DNA of 62,645 bases, filler included, from Rhabdomonas costata (lineage: Eukaryota): NCBI GenBank assembly GCA_019059605.1. It is 34 parts of 34 records of this genome, joined end to end, with 100 filler letters (N's around TTAATTAATTAA, not from the genome) between each part and the next. Parts side by side here need not be neighbours in the genome. Positions count along the whole stretch, not along the records: positions 49,853 to 51,593 come from JAHMHO010009749.1; positions 51,694 to 53,436 come from JAHMHO010009750.1; positions 53,537 to 55,276 come from JAHMHO010009751.1; positions 55,377 to 57,118 come from JAHMHO010009752.1; positions 57,219 to 58,960 come from JAHMHO010009753.1; positions 59,061 to 60,802 come from JAHMHO010009754.1; positions 60,903 to 62,645 come from JAHMHO010009755.1; 27 more parts are not named here. The stretch is one strand, 5' to 3'. This document shows positions 50,104-62,175 of this stretch, in pieces; the stretch's first letter is position 1; each line of letters starts with the position of its first letter. The notes under the pieces are model-generated. The model worked only from the letters and a program-made list of their open reading frames with translations, searched no databases and had not been told where the DNA came from. A program made the position numbers and the translations under genes.

Positions 50104-51212
50104 TCAGGCCGCGACCTCCTGAAACAGCTCCACTACAGTTGCGTTCCCCTTGAGCTTTGCGAGCTGCAAGGCACTGCCAGAAGGCGTGACATAATCAGTG
50201 TCCACGGTCGGCTGCGCTAGCAGCCACATCACAGAGGCGACCTGAAAGAGGGAATGAAGGTCACAGCAACCAGTGAGGAAAATGGATTCAAGAAGTTTCG
50301 CTGTTGGGATAAGAGATCCTCTGAGACTGAACGCCAGGTTTCTTGTCTTTGGGATGCCGAACACGAAATTGACTCCAGCATATTCCGATTGGTTTGCGCA
50401 ACAAAGATGGGAACAGGAGCCTATGTCCCTGGGACTCTCACCTGGCTCATCAGCACTGCTCGGGCCAAGGGAGTGGTGCCGTCAGGAAAAACTTCGTTGA
50501 TCTGCTCTATCCCGGCCTCCTCAACCAGAAACTGCGCAATTTCCACGTCACCGTGAAGGATCGCCCGCGAAAAAATGGTCTGGTCGTTGCTGTCCATGGC
50601 CCTGCCACAAACCAGAGGGTTCTCAGCACAAATGCTATTTTGCCGTCTCGTCCACAGAAAAACGGGAAATCCCAACATACGATTCCATTCCGTACCAGCT
50701 GGTTATCGCTGCCAGGGGTTGTGCGGAAACCATTGCATTGCGGTAGCCCCACGATGCGCACATATATTTATCAGGCGAGCAGGGGTGGTCCTCTGAAATC
50801 CCTCTGAGGTGTGGTGAAGTTTCCGAGTTTCCACACGCAAGCACGCGCCAAGGCAGGAAAACAAAAGGGGGACGTGAACTCCCTGTTAAGTGCTGGTTGT
50901 CCAATCACCCTTCCATGCCCATTTCCAGTGTGCCCACCTTCCCACCCACTGGCAACAGTAGGCGATTCCGAAAAGAAATGATGTGCCCAAATAAGGTCAC
51001 TCACATGTAAACCCTGTGCACACGGCATCGTCACTTTTTCCCTCGAATGGTCTCCAGTTCATCGTCCCGGCTGCTGCATATCGAAAAGAACAATCAAATC
51101 AACAGCCACAAAGATTTTACTTGAGGTCAACGGTGATCCCCTCGGTGTGCAGCAGTCGCTTCAGCAGCCGCAGCCGCCCCCTCCAGTCTTCCTTGTCATT
51201 CTGCTTCTCCCC
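50104..51212 (-). CDS. Ankyrin-repeat protein, 3' part; exons 51212-51121, 51073-51035, 50803-50681, 50601-50442 and 50241-50104
   Basis: QTIFSRAILHGDVEIAQFLV, DGTTPLARAV and GSALQLAKLKGNATVVEL; four GT-AG introns are phase-consistent. Confidence 0.8.
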
Positions 51213-51752
51213 CTGACAGAGTTCCTCAAACATCTCCTGTGGAAAATCGAAGGCACGAAGGGAAATGCTTGAAAAGTATGGAAGCCCTTGCAGACCAACC
51301 TACACTGGAACCAAGCCATCCTCCGAATGGAAGCGCCGTCTGAAGCTACCAAGTATTTTACGCAACAGATCCGATCCAAGAGCTCGGGAAGTCTTCAGCT
51401 CTCACACCGAAGATACCTCGGCTATGAATTCATCACGCTTTCACCTGAACTTGCATCAGCAAATGCTGAAGTGCGGAAAAAAAAAGACCCCTTCAACATG
51501 ACAGGAGCCTACACACAACCACACGACCACAAGAAGCACATGCTGGTTTTCAATCCTACCGCTTACAAAAAGAGCCATCACCAACACCCAACANNNNNNN
51601 NNNNNNNNNNNNNNNNNNNNNNNNNNNNNNNNNNNNNTTAATTAATTAANNNNNNNNNNNNNNNNNNNNNNNNNNNNNNNNNNNNNNNNNNNNGGGTTTG
51701 GGGACGTTAACAGAAAAGATGCATTGCAGAAAGCAGAAAAAAACGGACATGC

Positions 51753-53436
51753 CCGTGGCTGGCGCTCGACAAGGGGCCGGAGATAGTGCTTGGGAAGGGC
51801 GCTGGATAGACCCCGAACCAGGCAGTCCACAATCCGCGCCGTCATCTCGTTCCCAATGTCTTGCAAACGGGCCTGGAAGTTGTCAAAGTAGCCCTGGTTG
51901 GTTGACCTAAGAGGGTGGATGCAAGCTAGAGAAGAAGCTGAGCTTCAAACCGACCAAGTTCTCTGAATCTCAGACACTTGAGGGAGGGAGTGCAGGAGGC
52001 CAATGAACCCACGGCCAAGCTCTGACTGGAGGCCACATAACGCACTGAGGAAATGCGAGTTTGCGACACCCTTCCTGCTTGTCTTTGCTCTACAAGAAAA
52101 CCTTCGGCGGTTTTCTAATCTTTTTGTTGATATCAAAATATGAAATGCGGTAGGTGGGATTTTGAACCAAACACAGGATGCGACATCTACACGGCTTTCA
52201 AAAGAATGCCTTGCGCACAGGCGACGACAGACAAAACACAAAGGGAACATATCCCCGACCAGCACAAAAAAAACAGCGCGGGCGATGAAAGCAGGAGAGG
52301 GCACCTTTTCTTTTCGAGGGTCTTGTCCTGATTTGGAGAAGACCACTTACCCATCACCTCCCCTTGGGCTGTGCCACCAAAACCTTCTTCAAGCCCTGGG
52401 TCAGCGGCGGTGGCGCTGTGCAAGTCCGAGAACACGGGCAGCCCAGACCACAGCTGCACCGCCCCAGCCACCGCGTCGACAGAGTTCAGCACAGCGCAGT
52501 ACGTGGCCCACTGCCTGGGTGCCTCCCCCTCACCTCCCACCAGACTGCTGCTGGGCGCGGGCAGGTCGGCATCAACATGCTCCTCCACAGCCTGCATACA
52601 GTGGTGTCAGCGTAAGCATCGGGGACTCAGTGGTGGTACATAAGTGGTACGTGTGGTAGTAGTATGTGAATAGCATTTAAAAAAAGGCGTTGTTTTTTCT
52701 CTCCAAAGAATCAAAGTTACCCAGATATTTAGCGGCAAGCAAATGTGAAGGGTAGAGGATGAAACACTCGAAGGCGAAAAGCAGTTGGGTGCGGAAGTGA
52801 AAAGGAGGGGGAGCGGAAGAGGATTAATAGATTATGACAAAAAGCCGAGAGAACAGTCACATTAGGAGCACTGTGCTTTTATTTGTTTACTGAAGGAGTG
52901 GCAGTGGGTGAGGGCGGATAGGGGCATTACGAGGTCGTAAGCTGAGCCCGGGATAGAGTTGAACCAAAGATGCAGAGTTAGGGCTACACATGGGGCAACT
53001 CACAGCCATTCCATCCCCCGTCAGCACAACCCACCCCACTGGTGCACAAGTTTGCAAGCACGCAAGCAGGACATCCAACAGAACTCATAAACCTCTCCTG
53101 GAATCTATCGTGGGATCAGGGGAGGACATCCAAAAAAGCCAGCTTCAGCCCTGGAACCCCCCTAAATGCCCGCATCATGGCCTAAAATCAATCGACTCCT
53201 TACAGTGCGCAAAAGTAGCTGTGGTGACCAAAAGGTAACCTGTATGAAGCACTGCAGCACAGGGTGGTGGACCCCTTCCACGAACTCCGCAAGCACAGAG
53301 AGGTCAAGGATAGCGCCCAGCTTTGTGGTATACGCCTGCAGCGCCGTGGCCACCACGTAGGCCGCCTCTGTGGGGCGAAGCTCATCGGCCGCGGGCGCCA
53401 GCAGAGAGTCCCCATAAGGGGCGGAGTGGCGGGGGG
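51753..53436 (-). CDS. RINT1: RINT1/TIP20-family tethering factor, partial; exons >53436-53240, 52591-52351 and 51906-51753
   Basis: DELRPTEAA...FIQ|...YCAVLNSV..V...W...PVFSDL...|GYFD...L..I...M...IV...HY; introns in frame. Confidence 0.72.
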
Positions 53437-54187
53437 NNNNNNNNNNNNNNNNNNNNNNNNNNNNNNNNNNNNNNNNNNNNTTAATTAATTAANNNNNNNN
53501 NNNNNNNNNNNNNNNNNNNNNNNNNNNNNNNNNNNNGTGGGTGTGTTTCGCACAGCTGCACCGTGTGGAAGATTATGTTGGGCCGTTATTCTGGCAGGGT
53601 TGATGTGTGGTGGTTGAGGGAAACTCGCTTCATGGGTTTTCACCCCATCGTCCTCGTCCGAAGCGCATCTGAAATTCTTGAATTTCTTGCAAACAGCACA
53701 ACGGAAGGTTGACCTTTTTCGTTTTGCAGTCATGGTAAAGAGGTAGAGAAGAATAGCACCATAAATAGGCATGATTGCTGGATGCATTGTGAAGCAAGGA
53801 AGTCCTGAGTCTGCGGTTGAGGTAAGAAAAGCAGAAAAGGGACATGAACAGAGGATATGTGTGTTGACGTTTACCAAAGATTTGATTTGGTATGTCAGTC
53901 TGCGCCAGCAGTCAAACAATTTTGGCAAACAAATTTCGAGCCCTGTCGGGCGAGCGCTGAATGCTGCGGAGAGTGCATAAATCCGTTTCTGTTTTGAACT
54001 GCAAAACGACCCGAAGCCAATTCTCCGCTGCCAGAGCGAACTCCAAGGGCCACCCACATCACTTCTGCCCTCGCCATCTTCAGCGCCTGTTTTTTCGTCC
54101 TACGCTTCATTTTGAACTCCTCCTGTATTCATTTGCACCTTTGTACTTCTGTACTAACCCTTTTGTACCAATTAATTTCTAACAAAA

Positions 54188-54658
54188 ATGCCTGCTCCAG
54201 TTCCTCCCAGCGAGTTCATTGATCCGGTCAACAGCATTGTGGAGGGCAGGCTGTACCTTGGCAGCCGCTACGCCGCTTCGGCCCTGGACATCCTGGAGGG
54301 GCTGGGGGTGACCCACGTGGTGAATGCCGCGGCGGAGCAGCCCAACTTCTTCCCCGGGAGGTTTGCTTACTACAACTGCAACCTAAGTGACAATATGACG
54401 GAGCAGATCGACTTCGAGGGCCCGCTGCGGTTCATGCAGGACGCTCTCTCGCATGGCGGGGTGGTGTTCGTGCACTGCAGGGGTGGAAGCCGTTCGGCGG
54501 CGATTGTGATTGCGTATCTGATGAGGACCAGCGGGCTGAGCATGCAGGAGGCGGTGCAGCAGGTGCGGGAGCGCCGTCCATTCATCAACCCGAACGCGAG
54601 CTATCTTCGGCAGCTTTCGGAGCATGATGGGAAGCAGACCATTCAGGTTGGTTTCTGA
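54188..54658 (+). CDS. Dual-specificity phosphatase domain; the exon probably begins at 54201
   Basis: LYLGS, GVTHVVN, general-acid D, VFVHCRGGSRSAAIVIAYLM, VRERRP.INPN..Y..QL. Confidence 0.93.
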   Translation: MPAPVPPSEFIDPVNSIVEGRLYLGSRYAASALDILEGLGVTHVVNAAAEQPNFFPGRFAYYNCNLSDNMTEQIDFEGPLRFMQDALSHGGVVFVHCRGGSRSAAIVIAYLMRTSGLSMQEAVQQVRERRPFINPNASYLRQLSEHDGKQTIQVGF

Positions 54659-55540
54659 TAATGGGGTATTATGACTCGTTTTGTCAGTTGTCGATTTTTA
54701 GAACCTATCCTTTGTAGCGCCAAGTTTTTCTTGTCCAATCTTCCAACCGCCATGGCTGCACAGAAATGATCTCCAAAAGAGAGAAATCCAGTTGAAATGC
54801 CTTTGGGGTAAGGAAAAAGAAAAAAGCATTGCCAAATGATTGTTTTGATCCCACTTCCTATGGGTAGGCAACCAGATTGGAGATTACGTCCAGGAGAATC
54901 ACGTTTTTCTTCCCAAAACCTGGCAAAAAAGTTTGGTTTGAATACGGCAAAAACGTGTTCGCGTTTTGTCGCAAAACCCATGCATCCAAAAGTGGGTGAA
55001 ATCCCGTTGTTCACAGCGATAGCTTCGTCCGAATTCCGGTACAGCATTTGGTTCCATTCTTGCACGCGGCATTCATTCCGTATGCAAACTTCGAAGCAGA
55101 GCAGAAAGCAGTGGAGTCGGCCCGCTTTACGCTTTGCAATGCGACCCAGAAAACTTCCCAGGGCGGGCACGCACACTGATTTCTGGTGGAGCAAACTGGA
55201 ATATTAGTCTGTGACATTCCGAGGTCTTTTTGCCCATGTTCCTGCCGCTGGTCTCGCTCCGCGGCTCAACACAACCNNNNNNNNNNNNNNNNNNNNNNNN
55301 NNNNNNNNNNNNNNNNNNNNTTAATTAATTAANNNNNNNNNNNNNNNNNNNNNNNNNNNNNNNNNNNNNNNNNNNNGGGGGGGGGTGCTTCTTTGAGATT
55401 CCACAAGACAGGAGCCTGAACGTAAACTTGAACGCAAAACTTTTTTCCAGGTTGTGTTGACTAATTGGGTTGGGTTTGCGATCCGATTATCCCCTGCGAC
55501 CCAGGGAGAGACCTCCGCGAGACCAAGTAAGCTCTCCCAG

Positions 55541-56772
55541 CGACACCCGGCTGTTGGGGTGGGCCATCTACCTCAGCATCGAGTCCTTCGGCTCGCTGTG
55601 CGTGCCTCTGTTCTGGTCTGCTCTTTGGGTTCACCCGGTGGGTGGGGGCTTTCCTTCTCTTCTGGATCCCCGCCTCTGCCGCCCAATCGGGCCGCACCGC
55701 CAGCTGGCTTCCTTCTTATTGCCAATGCCCAGCTCTACATGACTGAGTGTCAGCCTTGTAATCACTCTTTGCAGCGTGCCGCCGCCACGAGTCAATGGAG
55801 CGGAAAGGGGATGGAGTGAGCAACACTCGTTTTCGGAGCTGCTCGCTTTGGTGGGTGAGTTGTTACACACTCCCATGCGGAGCTCCTTATTGCCAATGCC
55901 CAGCTAGAAATCAGTTCCCACTACCAACAATGACCAATGTGAAAGACAACGGAAAGGCAAAAAGAATTGTTTTTTCATACCGCCCCATGACCGCATAAAT
56001 GAGGTTTTCCCGTCCTTTTCCTGGTCTTACAGCCAGTTTATTCTTTGTCTCTCCACCCTCCCGTGTATTATTTCGCGAAACTCTTTCTTCGTTGCGACGT
56101 TGATGCTGTACACCGTGGCTGCGGGACCGTGCCTTTGTGATCGCCTGTTCCAGGGCGTGCGCATGGGCCCGGGAGAACAGATGTTATGAAGAAAGCGCCG
56201 TAATCGTATAACCCCCCTCCCAATAATCGTCTGGCCTGGTCCTTGGAAACTTATGTGCGGTTGGTGTCGAGTTCTCTCCCTTTCTTGTTTGTGTGTGTTT
56301 GTGTGTGGTGGCACAGGTCCTTCGTGAACTCCATCACAAACCTTCGCACAGCGAAGGCTGGCTTTGGGCTGATCACGTGGGGCGCCCAGTTTGGCTCCGT
56401 CGCCGGGCCCTCCCTTAGCCGATATGGCGCCCGCTGGGGCATGCCACCCCCACCCCCCTGCACAGAAATCCATGTCTGGCTCCTGTTGTGCGTCGCACAG
56501 GAGTAAAACCTGATATTGATATTTGACGTTGATATTGAGGTGGGATGGGCGCCCGGGCGAGTCTGGGACAAAGAGGTTGATCTCGATCCATGTGCCCTAA
56601 ATTCTGCGCTCTCCTCTCACCTCCACAAAAAGGGATGCCCGTGCTGATGGCAGCGGGAGGCGTGGGGGTTCTCGTTGTGCCAGTGCTGGTGGCTGCCTTT
56701 GTGAGGCTTCACCCCTCCGCCGCTGGAGGGGATCCCTCGTCGCATTCCCACACACAGACGGGAGTCGTGGAG
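55541..56772 (+). CDS. NTT/TLC-family (ATP/ADP-translocase-like) nucleotide transporter, partial; exons ~55541-55615, 56317-56438 and 56633-56772
   Basis: RLLGWAIYLSIESFGSLCVPLFW|SFVNSIT...AKAGFGLI..GAQFGSVAGP...|GMP...TGVVE. Confidence 0.85.
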
Positions 56773-57457
56773 GTGAACCTCCCCACCACCCCAACTCGCG
56801 CAGAAAGTCACCGAAGTCACCCTGGGGACTCTGGGGGGGGGATTTTTTTCCTTCGCGTGGCAAATGATGCACAGCGGAGGCGAAGAACGTGGCTTTGTCC
56901 CCACCCCCCACCCCGCTGGCAGCTGCACCACAGGACATCTCTGAAGCAGTCACTTTTTGCCGCTCCTTTCTGTCCGTGGCAAAGCCACCAAGGTGGGGCC
57001 ACCGAAGTGGAGGAAAAGCTAGTTCCTTTTGGTCACCCTGCCGCCCTGTCGCTGTTCACTCGAGTGCAGCAGAACGGTGGTGGGTCCCAAGGCACTGACA
57101 ACATGTGCCAAACCAACANNNNNNNNNNNNNNNNNNNNNNNNNNNNNNNNNNNNNNNNNNNNTTAATTAATTAANNNNNNNNNNNNNNNNNNNNNNNNNN
57201 NNNNNNNNNNNNNNNNNNGTGTGGTGGGCAAACGTCCTGAAATTCCGGTCTGTGCGCGAAACAGTCGCTCACTGAAACAGTATTCATCGCATCCCAATGA
57301 GTAAACTTAGGTTAGGCCCTCTCCTCCGGGGTCCACTCAGTGCTTTTCAACTTGTGCGCTGAGTAAGCGCGATTCCAAATCGACCACAGAGGTGGAAGAA
57401 TGGAGCCAAAGTCTTTGATGCCCTTCTCTCCGTGTATGTGACGTGTGTCTTTGACAG

Positions 57458-58960
57458 CCTCCCACACGGCCGTTCTGGCTGAGCCTGAGAGACGCGCCGG
57501 ACTACCTCCCGGCCGACCTCACCGAGGAGGTCCACCTGCTGCCCCACACCCGCGCCGTGCAGGCGTGGGTATGGGCCCACCAGCACCCCGCGCGGTGCGA
57601 CCAGGCCTCGGTGGCCACACCGGAGAGCTTTGGGGGGCTGGTGCCTATGGGGGTCGGGGGGATGCTCCACCACGCCGCTGTGGCCTTCATGACCGCCGTT
57701 CTTCGCGGACAGGTGGTGGAGTCAGGAAATGATGTATCTGTGGGTGGGTGGGAGATTACTGCTCGGGAGCGCTTGAGCTCTACTTGTCATTGCCTCTGCC
57801 AGATGGGGGACGATGCTATTGGGAAACATGACATGGAACTCCATTTGCTGGGGTGAGGAGACAGGCTGCACTAATCGGGTTATTGTGAGGTGTCCAATCA
57901 TAGTTGCAGCCCCAACACCGACCATGGCCCAAGGCATGTCATGCGGATGCTCCCGCCGCATAGGTCTTCGCGTGGGGCACTGGCGGTTCCTTCAGCTTTG
58001 GATGGGTGCCATTCTGCGGGGAGGCCCCGCCAGGCAAGCCCTGCTTCTTCCTGCCCTTAACCAACTGCACGGGTGGGCAGGGCGGGCGATCCGCTAGCCA
58101 CCGCCCCCGAGGAACGGTTAGGGGGAGGCCAAAGAATTGGCCAGCGGGCGTCCCTCTGGACCGGAACCTGCTGAAGGTTTCCCAATTTTCCTTGTTGTAC
58201 CCCACTCCTGCTGTGGTATTTGGTGGGTTGAATTCGTCGGGTTCTTGCAGTCGCAAAAGAAAGCGGTTGTTATCTGTGATTCTCGCAGGTGCGCCATCGT
58301 TGCTATAGGTTTTGCTATGCTATCTCTTTCGTGCAGTATAAAGCGCCAGGCACAGGGAGGTCACAACTGCCGCAACTGCTGTCGAGATTCAGTCAAGTTT
58401 CTCGATGCAGCTTTTTTGTCTAGCGCCCCATACCTTTTTCTTGAATCCCTGTTGAGTTCACACTACGCACCTTTATCGCCATTTTTCCTGCAATTCAAGC
58501 GGTTGCTTTTGTAAGTGTAAACAGTTTCGGTTTTGTTGAGCTGTCACGGTGATGCGATGAATACTGTTTCAGTGAGCGACTGTTTCGCGCACAGACCGGA
58601 ATTTCAGGACGTTTGCCCAGCAAAGCAAAGGTGGATGACTGCTCACCCCAGCCTCTGCTTTTCGGCTGTGGGGAGGGGGGTGCAGGTTCAGCTTCTGGCG
58701 TACATGCTGAGGCCTTCGCCGTTTTTCGCTGCGTACATCACGGAGCAGAGGCGAAGGCTGTTCCAGGCCCCGTCGCTGGGCCCCTCGGACGTCGCGCCAG
58801 CCCACCCCTTTGTGCGGCTGCACGTGCGGCACCATGACAAGGGCAAGGAGGCCCCACTGCTGCCGCTCAACCTCTACATGCACGTCGCCAACCAGGTCCG
58901 CCGGAGGCTCCTCCCAGATGCCCAACACATCTTCGTCAGCACAGACGACAGCAACGTCAT
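57458..58960 (+). CDS. GT23 / alpha-1,6-fucosyltransferase-like protein; exons 57458-57712, 57964-58072, unresolved exon(s), and 58686->58960
   Basis: VQAWVWAHQHPARC, GVGGMLH, CFFLPLTNC, LHVRHHDK (motif I) and IFVSTDD (motif II). Confidence 0.88.
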
Positions 58961-59334
58961 NNNNNNNNNNNNNNNNNNNNNNNNNNNNNNNNNNNNNNNN
59001 NNNNTTAATTAATTAANNNNNNNNNNNNNNNNNNNNNNNNNNNNNNNNNNNNNNNNNNNNGGTGTTGTTTAGATCTGACAGGTAAAGATTCCACTGGTTT
59101 TTGATTGAACATGCAATAAAATTTGCAACAAATACAGTAGTTTAAGTCTGGGTTTCTCGCTGCTGTTTGGGAAATAGGGAGTTCCTGTGCGAACCCTGAG
59201 CGCGAAGTGAGTCCCATCGTGTATGTGCAGCTTGCCAGTATTACTCGAACTGGAGATCAAGCCTTGCATTATTGGTGCTTGAGAATTAGATAGTTATTTT
59301 AGCCCATATCCGACGCTTGACAATTCTGCCACAG

Positions 59335-59840
59335 GGCGACGGGGGAGCGTTCCCTTGAGCCCGAAAGCTCCTGATAATACCGTCCCCCCGGAGACCCAGT
59401 TCCTCGTCGTAGACGACACCGCCGTGAACCAAAAGGTGCTACTGCTGGCCCTGGAGCTGCATGGCCTCCACAACGTCCGCACCGCGGCCAGCGGGGAAGA
59501 GGCCGTGGAAGCCGTGCGGGTAGCCCGGCCCCCCTTCGACGTGGTGCTAATGGACGTGAACCTTCCGAAGATCGACGGGCTGGAGGCCACGCGGAGGATC
59601 CTTCGGGAGTGGTGTGTGGGGCGGGATGACAGTGCGGCTGCGGCTGCGGCCGCCTGTCCGGTGATTCTTGGGGTCACTGGGGACGTGAGCGCGGGGATGG
59701 CGGAGGCGTGCTTGGTCAGTGGGATGTGCGCGGTGCTGACGAAGCCGCTGAGTCCGCAGCGAATGCTCACGGAGGTGTCCCAGGCCTTGAAGGCAAGGTC
59801 AGCAAGGGTAGCGTCCTTGCCAGCTGTGGGTTCGGTATAG
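59335..59840 (+). CDS. Receiver (REC) domain last exon, probably of a hybrid histidine kinase
   Basis: LVVDD..VNQKV, FDVVLMDVNLPKIDGLEATRRI, VTG and TKPL; CACAG acceptor. Confidence 0.92.
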
Positions 59841-61469
59841 GTATTTTTGCCTTTCTTTGCCCCCCCCCCCCTCGTCGCCATTATAACGTTATGTTATTGT
59901 TTGATGTTTGTTTGAGTACATTAACGTTATTTTGGGTTCTTTGCTTGTTGTGTCTGCTTGCTTTTGTTTTGGTTGTCCATTAGTGGACTGTGTTTGCTTA
60001 TACTTTCATGGGATTTCTCTGATACTTTGCATAAGAGACTGTCGTGGGTTGGTGACCTGCGTCTGCAGAGCAATGATTTCTAAAATGTCCGCAGTCGCAG
60101 TGAATTCCCTTGCCATTTTCTGCCAGTGGTTGATGCTTAACCTGACCAGATTATGTTCTGTAGTTGTGAGTCCTTTGGTAAAGGTGAACGCGCTGGGGTG
60201 AGTGTCTGCCGATCACTTGTTGCGCATCGGTTTGTGAATGTGCTTGACTTTTCTCATGTCGACACCCTTTGTCAGAATGGGCAGGACTGCCGATTCTGAC
60301 ATGGGGACGCTACTCCCTATGGAGCGGGCAGTGCGGGAGGTGTTCCGCGGCATCCTCTGAAGGTGAAGATGTGGCTGACATTTCGCTTTTCCTGGGGTTC
60401 CTTCTGTGAAGAGTGAGAGAGAAAGGAACCGGTGATCACACATTTTCCCGCAAACCCTTTCCTCGAACCCCGAGCGAATCTCTTTGCCTTTGGTTTTCTC
60501 ATTTTTTGTGTACTTTCTTTTATTTATGAGGGGATGAAAGCGTACGGTAGCCCTCCTGCTGGGGCTGCTTGCAGTGTTCAGGAGGCTTCTCATTTGTCAG
60601 TCACGCGCTAGTCCGCACTGGAATGAAGATTGGGCTGATGAACCCATTCTGCACTACACTGCGAGCGATCGCAACCACACAACCATAACCGCACCTTCAC
60701 ATAGTCTTTTTGGCTTCCTGATAGTGTCCGAACGAATGTATTAGGGCGTCAACACAGTTCCCTTTTTGTGACTCGAGCAAATGTGGAAAAAACCCACAAC
60801 AANNNNNNNNNNNNNNNNNNNNNNNNNNNNNNNNNNNNNNNNNNNNTTAATTAATTAANNNNNNNNNNNNNNNNNNNNNNNNNNNNNNNNNNNNNNNNNN
60901 NNTGTTTTTGTTTCTATTTTTCGATTTGTCCTATTGCACTGTGTCCGACGTGGGGAGCCGGTATTGACTGGAAGCAACGCGATGCAAATTATTTTTTTTC
61001 GCAAAGATCAGAAACACGAGAATAGAAAGGATAAACAATAGAGGAGAAGGCAGAGAAGAAACGAAATTACATGAGAGAAAGAGGGCTCCAGGACAAATCG
61101 AAAAATAGAAACAAAAATAAACAATTAGAAAAGGAAATGGGAGTGGTAATGACAGCGGCAAACAGAGCTAACGAGCCTACACACATCACAGATCGCATAA
61201 CATGTTCGCGACCAAAACACTGTTTCTTTGCACAAGGCACCCAGAAGCCCTTTTTTCGGGGAGGTCTCGTACCTTGTTCCGCCATACCCCCCCCCCTGCC
61301 CGCTTGCTGGGATAATTTTTCTGATGAACAACACCAATAGGTGCGGGAGGCCGCCGCTAATCCGGTCACCGGGTTGCGTGAGGATTTCAACAAGAGTGGA
61401 CCGCTCTTGCACCCTCTTGCACACATCCTAACCTCGACCGCTCACTACTTCTCACGGATGTGCACTTAC

Positions 61470-61600
61470 CGCAGCTGCATTTCCACCTCGTGCTTGGCCT
61501 TCTCGACCTCCGCAGCCCTCTGCTTGTCCTTCGCCATTCGCAGGCGCTCCAGCTCCTCGCCGTGCTGCCTCTTCAGCTCCACCAGGGCATCCTGGAAGCC
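61470..61600 (-). CDS. Coiled-coil exon, unknown protein
   Basis: T-rich tract plus GCAG acceptor, GTAAGT donor; E/K/R-rich heptads. Confidence 0.75.
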
Positions 61601-62094
61601 CTGCAAAAAAAAACCGGTCCACCCACCATCACTTCCCGTGTCGGGGTACCCACCGGTGGCGATGCGGCTTCTCGAATTTTTTATGTGTTTCTTCTTTTTT
61701 CGCCGTTGCATGGCCGACAGTCGATCTGAGCCTGCCGTCCGAAAAAGCACTGGTACCCAACTCTGCCACAGCACGTTTGCTCCATTATCTTTTTGCTTTG
61801 GACACTTGCAAACTTGTTCAGTGGGTGGCCGGAACACATGCTTGGAAAACTGGCACAAAACCTGCTCCACGCTCCCCACTACTGCTCCCTGCAAACGCTG
61901 CTGGCATATGCAGAGAAAGACGCTTACGCGGTTGCCCTTGAAAGTACAAATTTCCGCAAACCGAGGACTTGGGCGTGTGTGCATGTGTATCCAGGAGTGT
62001 GTTGGGCGCATTGCGGCGCTGGCTGTTGCCTGGTTGACTGTTGGTGACCACTGTGGACTGACGGGTGCACGCGCTGTTGGCCACGGGTGCTCGC

Positions 62095-62175
62095 GAGAGG
62101 TGCCGTTGCAGCGAACGGTGCCATGGGGAACCGGAACCGGCTCATCGCCGAACGTTCCACACATGGGAACTCCCT
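62095..62175. repeat. Dispersed ~80-bp repeat, copy B
   Basis: Aligns to 27706-27787. Confidence 0.93.

Noticed and set aside
60913..60923. TCTATTTTTCG resembling the 3' end of the Euglena spliced leader (also CTGAGT..TTTTTCG at 36944)
   Set aside because: The match is short and low-complexity, no plus-strand ORF follows, and the genes in both contigs are on the minus strand.
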